A stretch of DNA of 64,000 nucleotides. Source: Acidobacteriota bacterium (GTDB taxonomy: Bacteria; Acidobacteriota; Aminicenantia; Aminicenantales; UBA4085). Below, in pieces: positions 47,763-57,375 of the stretch. The DNA lies in NCBI GenBank assembly GCA_028749235.1, contig JAQULS010000001.1, forward strand, positions 755-64,754, read 5' to 3'. The notes under the pieces were generated by a model that was given only the letters and a program-made list of their open reading frames with translations, was not told where the DNA came from and made no database searches. The position numbers and the translations under genes are program-made. The first letter of the stretch is position 1, and each line of letters begins with the position of its first letter.

Positions 47763-47830
47763 ATCCTATCGCGCCGCCGGGGGTCTTGTCAAAATGCCCG
47801 TTGACAAGCCGCGACCGGGGCCGATATCCT
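47763..47830. promoter_or_regulatory. Back-to-back divergent sigma70-like promoters
   Basis: Plus: TTGACA 47801-18 bp-TATCCT 47825. Minus: TTGACA 47792-47787-18 bp-TAGGAT 47768-47763. Confidence 0.55.
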
Positions 47831-47897
47831 GGGAGCAGGGGAAAGAGGCCCGATGAATAAAGCGACCCCGCCCGCGACGGCCTCGAAAGGAAATCCC

Positions 47898-48338
47898 ATG
47901 ACCCGCCGCTCCCGCTTCATTTTTCCGAGCCTTCTCCTGGCGGCGGCCGCCGCGGCGATGATGGCGGCCGGCCCGGCCTGCAAGGGAGGAACCCGCCTGA
48001 CCGGCGCGGCCGACAAGGCCCTGGCCGAACAGGAAGCCGCCGAGGCGGCCGACAAGGCCGCGTCCGAGGAGGCGGCCGCCAAGCCCGAGCCCAAGCCCGA
48101 GCCCAAGGTCAACGACGCGATGTACGTCGAGATCACGGCCCGCTCCGTCCTCATCCGGGAGAAATACGCCGAGACGCCGGAGACAATCGATCCGGAAATC
48201 GACAAGGTCTACGACGCATTCAGCATCACCGCGGCCGATTACCGGGAGTTCGCCAAGACCCTCGTCCCGCCGAAGTCCTACGAGCTTCAGAAGAAGATCC
48301 AGGAGAAGATCCAAACCCTGGCCCACGAATACCGATGA
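47898..48338 (+). CDS. Hypothetical exported protein/lipoprotein
   Basis: Hydrophobic N-terminus ending GPAC; Ala/Glu/Lys/Pro-rich linker; coding-like codon usage. Confidence 0.7.
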   Translation: MTRRSRFIFPSLLLAAAAAAMMAAGPACKGGTRLTGAADKALAEQEAAEAADKAASEEAAAKPEPKPEPKVNDAMYVEITARSVLIREKYAETPETIDPEIDKVYDAFSITAADYREFAKTLVPPKSYELQKKIQEKIQTLAHEYR

Positions 48339-48400
48339 CCTCGGGATCCGGGCCGGCCGCCGAATTGATGGCGGCGGGCCGGATATGGTAGATTGAGGAC

Positions 48401-48742
48401 ATGGCCGAAGATCCCGCCGTCAGCGACCAGATGGACGACATCCTGCATCCGGATACCCGGGCCAAGTCGTTCCGCATCACCATCGTGTTCGGACGCCGGG
48501 TCCACCCGAACTACGCCCCGGCGGTCGCCTGGGCCAAGCGCAACCCGACCTACCGCGAGGAAGGGCAGGGCGATTGGATCCGCCATTCGGCGGTCTACAC
48601 CCCGGCCGAGGTCGAGGATCTTTTCAAGCTGTTCAACCTGGTCCACGACTGGGAGACAACCGAGATCCTGGTCAACCACAAGCGCCTGCCCTACGGCCAC
48701 CAGCTCTGGCTGCCGTTGATGTGGTTCTACCGCATCCGCTGA
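48401..48742 (+). CDS. Hypothetical protein
   Basis: GAGG RBS, GC3-rich codons, LPYGHQLWLPLMWF. Confidence 0.75.
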   Translation: MAEDPAVSDQMDDILHPDTRAKSFRITIVFGRRVHPNYAPAVAWAKRNPTYREEGQGDWIRHSAVYTPAEVEDLFKLFNLVHDWETTEILVNHKRLPYGHQLWLPLMWFYRIR

Positions 48743-48767
48743 ATCGCACGGAATGGAGGTTCCTCCC

Positions 48768-51700
48768 ATGAAAAAGACCATCGCCCTGACCGTTCTCCTT
48801 CTCTCGCTGGCCGGGCTGGCCGCGGCCCTCGAGGAAGGCAGGTTCTTCACCTACCCGACCATCCATGGCGACACAATCGTCTTCACCTACGAGGCCGACC
48901 TCTGGACCGTGAGCGCCCAGGGCGGCACGGCGGTCCGCCTGACCACGTTCCCCGGCACCGAGAACTTCGCCAAGCTGTCCCCCGACGGGAAATGGCTCGC
49001 CTTTTCGGCGTCCTACGACGGCATCACGGCCGTGTACCTCATGCCGGCCGAGGGCGGCGCCCCGGTGCGCCTGACCTATACCCCCGGCGCGGCCCAGGCC
49101 ATCGCCTGGACGCCGGACGGGACGGAAGTGGTCTTCCGCTCAGCCATGGAGAACTTCATCGGCCGCGATCCGGCCTTGTACTCGGTCAGCCGCCGGGGCG
49201 GAGCGCCCGTGCGGCTCGTCGACCGGGGCGTCCTGATCAGCTTCATGCCCGAGGAGCACAAGTTCCTCTACAACCGCCGCGGCGCGGAGGAATACTACTG
49301 GAAGCGCTACAAGGGCGGCCAGTACATGGACATCTGGATGTACGACGCGGCGGCCAAGACGTACGCGCCGGTCACCGACTACGTCGGACGCAACAGCTAC
49401 CCGATGTGGATCAACGGCTTGATGTGTTTCGTCTCCGACCGCGGCAACGGCATCTGCAACCTTTACACCCAGAAGCTGGGCACGGCGGACGTCAAGCCGG
49501 TCACCCGCTACGATGACGTCGACGTCATGTACCCCAATACCGACGGCCGCTCGATCGTATACGTCCAGGACGGCCATCTTCACGTCCTGGAGGCCAAGTC
49601 CGGACAGGACCGCGAGATCCAGGTCCGAGTCCCGTCCGACCGTTGGGCCCTGCGGACCAAGGTCATCAACCCGCGCGATTACGTCCATACCGTCAATCTG
49701 GCCAATGACGGCAAAACGGTCGTCCTGGAGGCCCGCGGCGACGTCTTCCGTGTGCCCACGGGCCGCGACGTCACGGATAACCTGTCCAACACGCCGGGCA
49801 CCCGGGAAACGTACCCGGCCCTCTCGCCGGACGGCAAGACCGTGGCCTTCTTCAGCGACAAGAGCGGCGACTACCAGCTCTACACCCAGAGCGTCGGCGG
49901 CGGCGAGTGGACGGCCCTGACGACCGACTTGAACCGGGCCGCCTACAAGCTGATCTGGTCCCCCGACGGCAGGAAGATCCTCTTCGGCAACAAGGACTTC
50001 AGCCTGTTCTACGTCGACGTGGCCAGCAAGAAGCTGGTCAAGTTCGACTCCTCCAACCAGATGAAGAACGACGAATTCATCTGGGAGATGGCCGATTACG
50101 CCTGGTCCCCCGACTCCCAGTGGATCGCTTACGGCCTGGTCCAGTACAACCGCAACAACAAGATCTTTCTCTACAGCCTGGCGACGGGCCGGAAGACCGC
50201 GGTGACCGACGACTTCTACGACAACCTCTACCCCTCCTTCGACGCCGACGGCAAGTACCTCTACTACGTCTCCAGCCGCGCCTTCGACGTCCAGATGGAC
50301 TTCTACGAGGACAACCACGTCCTGCCGGCTCCCCAGCAGGTCATGGCCGTTCAGCTTCGCGCCGGCGAAAAGCCGCCCTTCGCGGCCGCCGACGCCGTCA
50401 AAGGCGAGGCCAAGGCGGAGGCGGCGGCCTTCCGCATCGACACCGAAGGGCTGCTGCAGCGGACCTACCCCCTGCCCGTCCCGGCCGGCAACTATTTCTA
50501 TCTCAAGGCCGGCAAGGGCAAGGTCCTGTGGGCCTCCATCGACGCCTTCAGCGAGACCGAGTACGAGGAAATCTTCCGGCCCAAGTACAATCAGGCCAAG
50601 TGGAGCCTCCACGTCTTCGACATGGCCGAGCGCCGCGACGTCGTGCTCACCGACAAGATCAGCGACTTCGGCCTTTCGGCCAACCAGGAGCAGATCATCC
50701 TGCGCAAGGAAGGCGACTTCTTCACGACGGCCGTCGACCGGGCCTTCGCCTCCAAGGGACTGGGCGAGCGACTGAGCCTGTCCGGCCTGCTTTACACCGT
50801 CGACCCGCAGAAGGAATGGCACCAGATCTTCGACGACGCCTGGCGCTGGTACCGGGACTTCTTCTATGACGCCAACTTCCACGGCCGCGATTGGAAGGCC
50901 ATGGGCGCCCGCTACCGGGCTTATATCCCCTACCTGTCCTCGCGCGGCGAGCTGAACTGGGTGCTGTCCCAGATGGTCGGCGAGCTGTGCGTTTCCCACA
51001 CCTACGTCGGCGGCGGCGACCTCGGACCGGCCGCAGCCCCGGGCTCGCCGGTCTTCACCGGCCTGCTGGGAGCCGACCTGGCCGCGGACAAGGCCTCCGG
51101 CCTCTACAAGCTGGCCAGGATCTACGGCCCGACCAACGTCAATCTGAGCCTGACCGGTCCCCTCGTCCGGCCCGACATCGCGGTCAAGGAAGGCGACTTC
51201 CTGCTGGCCATCAACGGCACCGCGCTGAAGTCCGGCGACGACTACTTCAAGCTCCTCCAGACGACCCCCGGGCGCACGATCAAGGTGACGATCAACGCCA
51301 AGCCGGCCCTGGAAGGGGCCAAGACCTACGAGATCGAGCCCCTGCGCAGCGACACCCAGCTGCGGTATTTCCGCTGGATCCAGGACAACATCAGCACCAT
51401 CGAAAACGCCACCGGCGGCAAGGTCGGCTACATGCACATCAACGCCATGGGCTCGGGCGGCATCGGCGAGTTCGACAAGTACTGGCGGGCCTTCCGCAAC
51501 AAGGACGGCATCATCATCGACGTCCGCCGCAACAGCGGCGGCTGGACGGAGTACTTCCTGATCGACAAGCTGGAGCGGGCCATGACCAGCCAGAACGTCC
51601 TGCGCGGCATGGTTCCCTTCCGCTATCCCGGGACGGCCGGCAACGGCAACTACGTGGTCATCTCCAACGAGAACAACGGCTCGGACGGCGAGGCCTTCGT

Positions 51701-52016
51701 CGAGGACTTCAAGGCCCGCCGGCTGGGCACGGTCGTCGGCGTCCGCTCCTGGGGCGGCCTGGTCGGCATCCTCAACCAGCAGCTGACCATCGACAACGGC
51801 ACGGTCGAGCAGTCCAACAACGCCTTCTACGGCCGCGACGGCAAGTGGATCGTCGAGAACCACGGCGCCGATCCCGACGTTCTGGTCGAGAACGATCCGT
51901 CATCGATCGCCGCCGGACGCGACCTGCAGCTCGAGAAGGCCATCGAGGTGATGTTGGACAAGATCAAGAAGAACCCGGCCGCCTTCCCGCTGGTTCCCGC
52001 TTACCCCAAAAAGTGA
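48768..52016 (+). CDS. Tricorn-like S41 protease
   Basis: Signal peptide, PD40 repeats (SPDG), GELCVSH, PDZ-like region, IDVRRNSGG, GSDGE, SWGG. Confidence 0.93.
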   Translation: MKKTIALTVLLLSLAGLAAALEEGRFFTYPTIHGDTIVFTYEADLWTVSAQGGTAVRLTTFPGTENFAKLSPDGKWLAFSASYDGITAVYLMPAEGGAPVRLTYTPGAAQAIAWTPDGTEVVFRSAMENFIGRDPALYSVSRRGGAPVRLVDRGVLISFMPEEHKFLYNRRGAEEYYWKRYKGGQYMDIWMYDAAAKTYAPVTDYVGRNSYPMWINGLMCFVSDRGNGICNLYTQKLGTADVKPVTRYDDVDVMYPNTDGRSIVYVQDGHLHVLEAKSGQDREIQVRVPSDRWALRTKVINPRDYVHTVNLANDGKTVVLEARGDVFRVPTGRDVTDNLSNTPGTRETYPALSPDGKTVAFFSDKSGDYQLYTQSVGGGEWTALTTDLNRAAYKLIWSPDGRKILFGNKDFSLFYVDVASKKLVKFDSSNQMKNDEFIWEMADYAWSPDSQWIAYGLVQYNRNNKIFLYSLATGRKTAVTDDFYDNLYPSFDADGKYLYYVSSRAFDVQMDFYEDNHVLPAPQQVMAVQLRAGEKPPFAAADAVKGEAKAEAAAFRIDTEGLLQRTYPLPVPAGNYFYLKAGKGKVLWASIDAFSETEYEEIFRPKYNQAKWSLHVFDMAERRDVVLTDKISDFGLSANQEQIILRKEGDFFTTAVDRAFASKGLGERLSLSGLLYTVDPQKEWHQIFDDAWRWYRDFFYDANFHGRDWKAMGARYRAYIPYLSSRGELNWVLSQMVGELCVSHTYVGGGDLGPAAAPGSPVFTGLLGADLAADKASGLYKLARIYGPTNVNLSLTGPLVRPDIAVKEGDFLLAINGTALKSGDDYFKLLQTTPGRTIKVTINAKPALEGAKTYEIEPLRSDTQLRYFRWIQDNISTIENATGGKVGYMHINAMGSGGIGEFDKYWRAFRNKDGIIIDVRRNSGGWTEYFLIDKLERAMTSQNVLRGMVPFRYPGTAGNGNYVVISNENNGSDGEAFVEDFKARRLGTVVGVRSWGGLVGILNQQLTIDNGTVEQSNNAFYGRDGKWIVENHGADPDVLVENDPSSIAAGRDLQLEKAIEVMLDKIKKNPAAFPLVPAYPKK

Positions 52017-52034
52017 ACGTTTCGGCCTTTTAAC

Positions 52035-52064
52035 GGGGAACGCCTTCGGGCGTTCCCCTTTTTT
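52035..52064 (+). terminator. Intrinsic terminator after the tricorn gene
   Basis: GGGGAACGCC-TTCG-GGCGTTCCCC-TTTTTT. Confidence 0.9.
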
Positions 52065-52071
52065 AGGATCT

Positions 52072-52189
52072 TCTCCCATCTCCGGGGATAGCGTTCCGGG
52101 GTTACCGTTCGGGGGAACGGTACAATGCGCCGTGATCGGGTCTTGACTGGACAATTGTTCCATGGAGATTCTACGGCGCGAATGTATCA
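52072..52189. repeat. Partial/chimeric copy of the structured intergenic element
   Basis: 52101-52179 aligns ungapped to 60943-61021 (65/79 by hand) and ends in GCGAATGTATCA like copies A1/A2. Confidence 0.8.
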
Positions 52190-52196
52190 CAAGCGG

Positions 52197-53582
52197 TCAG
52201 CCGATCTCCTCGAAGCGGGCCGTGAAATGGCGGAGGAATCGCGGCTCGTCCACGATGCGCAGGCCCCAGACCCGGTCCCTATGGCGGTTGATGGCGGCCA
52301 GGGCTTCGGCCACGTAGCTAAGATGGGCGGCCGTGTAGACGCGGCGGGGCAGGGCCAGGCGGACCATCTCCAGCCGCGGGAAGACCATCTTCCCCGTCCG
52401 GGGGTCCTTATGGCCGAACATGACGCCGCCGATTTCGACCGCTCTCACGGCGCTCTCGCGGTAGAGGGCCACGGTCAGGGCCCAGCCCGGGAATTGCTCC
52501 CGCGGGATGTCCGGCAGGATCCGGTCGGCCAGAAGGTATATGGCGCTCCCACCCGCCGGCTTGAAGTACGGCACGCCGGCCTCGTCGAGAAGGGCCCCGA
52601 GATAGGCGGCCTGGGCGGTCCGATAGGCGAGATAATCCTCCTCCACGACCTCGGCCAGCCCCTGGGCGATGGCTTCCAGATCCCGGCCGGCCAGCCCACC
52701 ATAGGTGTAGAATCCCTCCGAGATGATCAGGATGCTCTTCAGGCTCTTGGCCAGCTCGCCGTCGGCGAGGGTGATGAAGCCGCCGATGTTGACCAGGCCG
52801 TCCTTCTTGGCGCTCATGGTCGCCCCGTCGGCGTGGGAGAACATCTCCCGGGCGATGGCGGCGACCGTCTTACGGGCGTAGCCCTTCTCCCGCCGCTTGA
52901 TGTACCAGGCGTTCTCGGCGAAGCGGCAGGCGTCGAAGAAGAAGGGGATCCCGGCTTTCCGGCAGACGGCGCTGACCTTGCGGATGTTGGCCATGGACAC
53001 CGGCTGGCCGCCGCCGCTGTTGTTGGTCACGGTCAGCATGACCAGGGGAATCCGGGTCCGGCCCTTGGCGGCGATGAACGCCTCCAGCTTGGCCACGTTC
53101 ATGTCGCCCTTGAACGGGCAGTCCGAATCGGGATCGTAGCCCTCGTCGCTGACCAGGTCGACGGCCGTCGCGCCCCGGACCTCCACGTTGGCCCGGGTGG
53201 TATCGAAATGGATATTGCTCGGGACGAAGTCGCCCTTTTTGACCAGGCCCTCGAACAGGATCCTCTCGGCGGCGCGGCCCTGGTGGGTCGGAATGACGTG
53301 CTCGAACCCGAAGAGGTTCCGCACGGCCTTCTCGAAGCGGAAGAAGCTGCGGGCCCCGGCGTACGACTCGTCGCCGCGCATGATCCCCGCCCACTGGACG
53401 TCGCTCATGGCCGCGGTGCCCGAGTCGGTCAACAGGTCGATGAAGACCTTCTCGGCCGGTATGCCGAAGACGTTGAAACCGGCTTTCCGCAAAACCTGCT
53501 CCCGCACGGCGCGGGACGGAAGGTGCACGGACTCCACGGTTTTGATGCGAAAGGGCTCGACGGGCGGTTTGATGGTGGTCAC
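52197..53582 (-). CDS. tnaA: Tryptophanase (beta-eliminating lyase)
   Basis: EPFRIKTVE, IDLLTDSGT, GDESYAG, THQGRAAE, MSAKKD; C-terminal LRHFTARF (tyrosine phenol-lyase has LRFF). Confidence 0.85.
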   Translation of the reverse strand: MTTIKPPVEPFRIKTVESVHLPSRAVREQVLRKAGFNVFGIPAEKVFIDLLTDSGTAAMSDVQWAGIMRGDESYAGARSFFRFEKAVRNLFGFEHVIPTHQGRAAERILFEGLVKKGDFVPSNIHFDTTRANVEVRGATAVDLVSDEGYDPDSDCPFKGDMNVAKLEAFIAAKGRTRIPLVMLTVTNNSGGGQPVSMANIRKVSAVCRKAGIPFFFDACRFAENAWYIKRREKGYARKTVAAIAREMFSHADGATMSAKKDGLVNIGGFITLADGELAKSLKSILIISEGFYTYGGLAGRDLEAIAQGLAEVVEEDYLAYRTAQAAYLGALLDEAGVPYFKPAGGSAIYLLADRILPDIPREQFPGWALTVALYRESAVRAVEIGGVMFGHKDPRTGKMVFPRLEMVRLALPRRVYTAAHLSYVAEALAAINRHRDRVWGLRIVDEPRFLRHFTARFEEIG

Positions 53583-53602
53583 GGGATTCTCCTTGGCTGC
53601 GG

Positions 53603-54505
53603 TCAGAACGAAACGAGCTTCTTGAAATCGGTGTAGCGGGCGGCGATCTCGTCCGGCCGCAGGGGCTTGAAGCGTTCGAGGCCGAAGCCTTCGATGGTGA
53701 ACGAGGCCATGACGCTGCCGTAGACGGCGGCCCGCCGGATCTCACGGCGGCTGAAGCTCCCGGCCTTGTCCAGCCAGCCCAGGAAGCCGCCGGCGAAGCT
53801 GTCCCCCGCCCCGGTCGGATCGACGACCCACTTGCAGGGTAGGGCCGGAATGGACAGGACGAGATCCGGGCCGAAGACCATGGCCCCGTGCTCGCCCTTC
53901 TTGACGACGACGATGCGCGGCCCCATCTCCCGGATCGCCGCAGCGGCCAGGATCAGGTTGCGCTCGCCGGTCAGCAGGCGGGCCTCCTCGTCGTTGGCGA
54001 AATAGACGTCGACCCGCTTCAGGATCCGCCGCAGCGCCTCGGGCTTGGAGTCGATGTACAGCCGGATCGTGTCCAGGGCCGTCAGGCGCGGTTTTTCGAC
54101 CTGGTGGAAGATGGCCTCCTGCAGGTCGGGGTCGATATTGGCCAGGAAAAGGATGCCGGCTTTCTTGTAAGCGTCCGGAATTTCCGGCCGGAAGTCGAGA
54201 AAGACATTGAGGTCGGTCCGGATGGTGTCGCGCTGGTTGGGATCATCGCCGTAGCGGCCGTGCCAATGAAAAGTCCGGCCGCCCTTGACGGTTTTCAGGC
54301 CCTTGAGATCCACGCCCCTCTTCTTCAGAAAGGCCACGACGCTCTTGGGAAAATCCTCGCCCACCACGGCCACGATCCCGGGCCGGGTAAAATAGCTGGC
54401 GGCCACGGCGCCGTAGGTGCACGATCCGCCGACGATCTTGTCGCGGCGCTCGCCGGGGGTTTCGATGGTGTCGAAGGCGACGGAACCGACGATGACCAGG
54501 CTCAT
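53603..54505 (-). CDS. PfkB-family sugar/nucleoside kinase
   Basis: VGSVAFDTIETP, GGS, NDEEA, KKGEHG, DPTGAGDSFAGG. Confidence 0.9.
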   Translation of the reverse strand: MSLVIVGSVAFDTIETPGERRDKIVGGSCTYGAVAASYFTRPGIVAVVGEDFPKSVVAFLKKRGVDLKGLKTVKGGRTFHWHGRYGDDPNQRDTIRTDLNVFLDFRPEIPDAYKKAGILFLANIDPDLQEAIFHQVEKPRLTALDTIRLYIDSKPEALRRILKRVDVYFANDEEARLLTGERNLILAAAAIREMGPRIVVVKKGEHGAMVFGPDLVLSIPALPCKWVVDPTGAGDSFAGGFLGWLDKAGSFSRREIRRAAVYGSVMASFTIEGFGLERFKPLRPDEIAARYTDFKKLVSF

Positions 54506-55416
54506 CGGACGCCACCCGGCAGGTATTTGCCGATGATCAGGGCCAGCCGCCGCCGCATGGCGGGTGTGATCCGCTTGGGATCGGTGACGAGCGCCCCGGC
54601 CAGGGCGTTGCGGCAGCCGCAGGCCGCGTCGTCATGCGGCGGCAGGGAAGCCACGGCCTTGCGGATGATCGTCTTGGCGTTATGGATGTTGAGCCGCAGG
54701 TTTTCCAGGATGAGGTCGACCGTGACGCTCTCCTCCCCGGCGTGCCAGCAGTCGTAGTCCGTGGCCAGGTTCATGGTGGCGTAACAGATCTCGGCCTCGC
54801 GGAAGAGCTTGGCCTCGGTCGCGCCGGTCATGCCGATGACCGAGCCGCCCCACAGGCGGTGCATCTCGGATTCCGCCTTGGTCGAGAAGGCCGGCCCTTC
54901 CATGCAGACGTACGTCCCGCCCGGGTGGGAGCGGATGCCCAGATCCTCGGCCGTCCGGTAAAGATGGCGGGACAGGACGCCGCAGACGGGCTCGGCCAGG
55001 GCGACATGGGCCGCGATGCCCCGGTCGAAGAAGGTGGAGAGGCGATGGGTCTTGTCGATGAACTGGTCGGCAAAGACGATGTCGCGGGGCTTGATCTCGG
55101 CCCGCAGGGAGCCTACCGAATTGACCGAAATGATCCTCTCGACGCCCAGCATCTTGAAGCCGTAGACATTGGCCCGGTAGTTGACGTCGGCCGGAAGGTA
55201 CCGATGGCCGCGACCGTGGCGGCTCAAGAAGGCCACTCGCCGGCCCTCGAGCGTCCCGACCATGTAGGCGTCCGACGGGTCGCCGAACGGGGTCTTGAGC
55301 TGGTGCTCTTTCAGGTTCTTGAAGCCTTCGATCTCGTAAAGCCCCGTCCCGCCGAGAATGCCGATCTCGGCCCGGGGCTGCGAAGCGCTGGGCGCGGTTT
55401 TCTTCTTCAGCGGCAT
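54502..55416 (-). CDS. mtnP: S-methyl-5'-thioadenosine phosphorylase
   Basis: GILGGTG, TPFGDPSD, RHGRGH, NYRAN, EGPAFSTKAES, GMT, TDYDCW. Confidence 0.92.
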   Translation of the reverse strand: MPLKKKTAPSASQPRAEIGILGGTGLYEIEGFKNLKEHQLKTPFGDPSDAYMVGTLEGRRVAFLSRHGRGHRYLPADVNYRANVYGFKMLGVERIISVNSVGSLRAEIKPRDIVFADQFIDKTHRLSTFFDRGIAAHVALAEPVCGVLSRHLYRTAEDLGIRSHPGGTYVCMEGPAFSTKAESEMHRLWGGSVIGMTGATEAKLFREAEICYATMNLATDYDCWHAGEESVTVDLILENLRLNIHNAKTIIRKAVASLPPHDDAACGCRNALAGALVTDPKRITPAMRRRLALIIGKYLPGGVR

Positions 55417-55556
55417 GAGTCCTCCAAGGGTTATAAAGAGGGTAATATACCGGATAATGGGTGTCGTGCCAACCTCGGACCGGTCCGCCGGGAAGCGTTT
55501 TTTGATTTTTAGGCCGGAAAACGCTATCCTACTGTGATTCCAAAGGATCGCAGCTC

Positions 55557-56726
55557 ATGACACATGTTTACCTCGACGCCTTCGCCGGCTTGAGCGGCGA
55601 TATGATGCTGGGGGCGCTTCTCGACCTGGGCGTCTCCCGGGCCAAGTTCCGCAAGGCCGTCGCCTCCCTGGACCTGCCGATCCGGCTCGTCATCCACGAC
55701 GTCGAACGATCGCATCTGCGCGGCCTCAAGGTCGACGTTCTGATCGCTTCCCCGGGCTCCCCGGCCCGCCGCTTCGCCGACGTCGAGCGCTTCCTGCGCC
55801 GGGCTCCCTTGGCCCCGGCGGTGCGGGAGCGAAGCCGGGCCGTCTTCGAGACCCTCTTCCGGGCCGAGGCCAAGGTTCACGGCGAACCGTTCGATCGCGT
55901 TCATCTGCACGAGGCCGGGGCGGACGACGCCCTGGCGGACGTCGTCGGGACCTGCTGGCTGCTCGATGAGCTGGGCGTCACGGACCTGGCCTGCTCGCCG
56001 CTCAACGTCGGCTCGGGCTGGGTCAAGACGTCGCACGGCGTCCTGCCCGTGCCGCCGCCGGCCGTGGCCGAGCTTCTGCGGGGCCTGCCCGTCTATGCCG
56101 CCCACGCCGAGGCGGAGCTCGTCACTCCGACCGGGGCCGCCCTGGTCAAGACGCTCGCCTCCCGCTTCGTCCCGTTCCCCGAGCTGACCTACGACCGGAT
56201 CGGCTGCGGGGCGGGCGGCCGCGACCTGCCCGGCCTGCCCAACGTCCTGCGGGCCTTTGGCGGCTCGCGGCCCGTCCTCGATCCCGGCCGCCGGGTCTAC
56301 CGGATCGAGGCGACGATCGACGACTCCACGCCTCAGGTCCTGGCCGCCTTTCTCGACCGGGCCCTGGAGCTCGGGGCCCTGGACGCCTTCCTGGCGCCCG
56401 TGGTCATGAAAAAGGGCCGGCTGGGGACGCAGCTGACGCTGCTGGCCGATGCCGCGCGCCTGGACCGTCTGATCCAGGCCGTCTTCGAGGAGACCAGCTC
56501 GATCGGCGTCCGCTACCACGCCGTCGAGCGCCGGACCCTGGAGCGGACGATGGAGAAAGCCGCCCTGCTGGGGGCCTCCATCAGGATCAAGACGGCCCGG
56601 ATGGGCGGCCGGGTCGTCAACGCCCAGCCCGAGTACGACGACTGCCTGGCTCTGGCCCGCCGCAAGGGCCTGCCGCTGCGTGACGTTCAGCGGCTGGCCG
56701 CGGCCGCCCACGCGCTGCGGAAATGA
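55557..56726 (+). CDS. larC: Nickel-pincer cofactor cyclometallase LarC
   Basis: [58 protein letters not shown]. Confidence 0.9.
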   Translation: MTHVYLDAFAGLSGDMMLGALLDLGVSRAKFRKAVASLDLPIRLVIHDVERSHLRGLKVDVLIASPGSPARRFADVERFLRRAPLAPAVRERSRAVFETLFRAEAKVHGEPFDRVHLHEAGADDALADVVGTCWLLDELGVTDLACSPLNVGSGWVKTSHGVLPVPPPAVAELLRGLPVYAAHAEAELVTPTGAALVKTLASRFVPFPELTYDRIGCGAGGRDLPGLPNVLRAFGGSRPVLDPGRRVYRIEATIDDSTPQVLAAFLDRALELGALDAFLAPVVMKKGRLGTQLTLLADAARLDRLIQAVFEETSSIGVRYHAVERRTLERTMEKAALLGASIRIKTARMGGRVVNAQPEYDDCLALARRKGLPLRDVQRLAAAAHALRK

Positions 56727-56733
56727 GGTTTCG

Positions 56734-57375
56734 ATGACGACCGCAAAAAAGACGAAAAATCCCGCCGCTCCCAAACCGGAGCCGACCAAGGGCATGGACT
56801 TGGCCCGCATCGAGAAGGGCGTGCGACTGATCCTGAACGGGGTGGGCGAAGACCCGCGCCGGGAAGGCCTGCGCGAGACCCCGGCCCGGGTGGCCCGGAT
56901 GTACCGCGAAATCCTGGGCGGACTGCACGAAAACCCCGAGATTCATCTGCGGACGGTGCACAAGGAAAAACACGACGAGATGGTCCTGATCAAGAACATC
57001 CCTATGTACTCGATGTGCGAACACCATATGCTGCCCTTCGCCGGGGTGGCCCACGTCGCCTACATCCCCAAGGACGGCCGGATCGTCGGCCTGTCCAAGA
57101 TCGCCCGCGTCGTCGAGGGCCTGTCCCGCCGTCTCCAGGTGCAGGAGCGGCTGACCAAGCAGACCGCCGACATGATCATGGACCATCTCGACCCGCAGGG
57201 CGTCATGGTCGTGATCGAGGCCGAGCACATGTGCATGTCCATGCGGGGCGCCAAGAAACCCAAGTCGATCACCATCACCTCGGCCGTGCGGGGCATCTTC
57301 CGCACCCACCCGGTCACCCGGGCCGAGGCCATCACGCTCATCCGAGGAGGGCTGACCGGTGGAAAAGAAGTCTAA
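56734..57375 (+). CDS. folE: GTP cyclohydrolase I
   Basis: [40 protein letters not shown]. Confidence 0.95.
   Translation: MTTAKKTKNPAAPKPEPTKGMDLARIEKGVRLILNGVGEDPRREGLRETPARVARMYREILGGLHENPEIHLRTVHKEKHDEMVLIKNIPMYSMCEHHMLPFAGVAHVAYIPKDGRIVGLSKIARVVEGLSRRLQVQERLTKQTADMIMDHLDPQGVMVVIEAEHMCMSMRGAKKPKSITITSAVRGIFRTHPVTRAEAITLIRGGLTGGKEV

Noticed and set aside
52197..53582. Tyrosine phenol-lyase
   Set aside because: SAKKD and LRHFTARF match tryptophanase rather than TPL (SGKKD, LRFFTARF).
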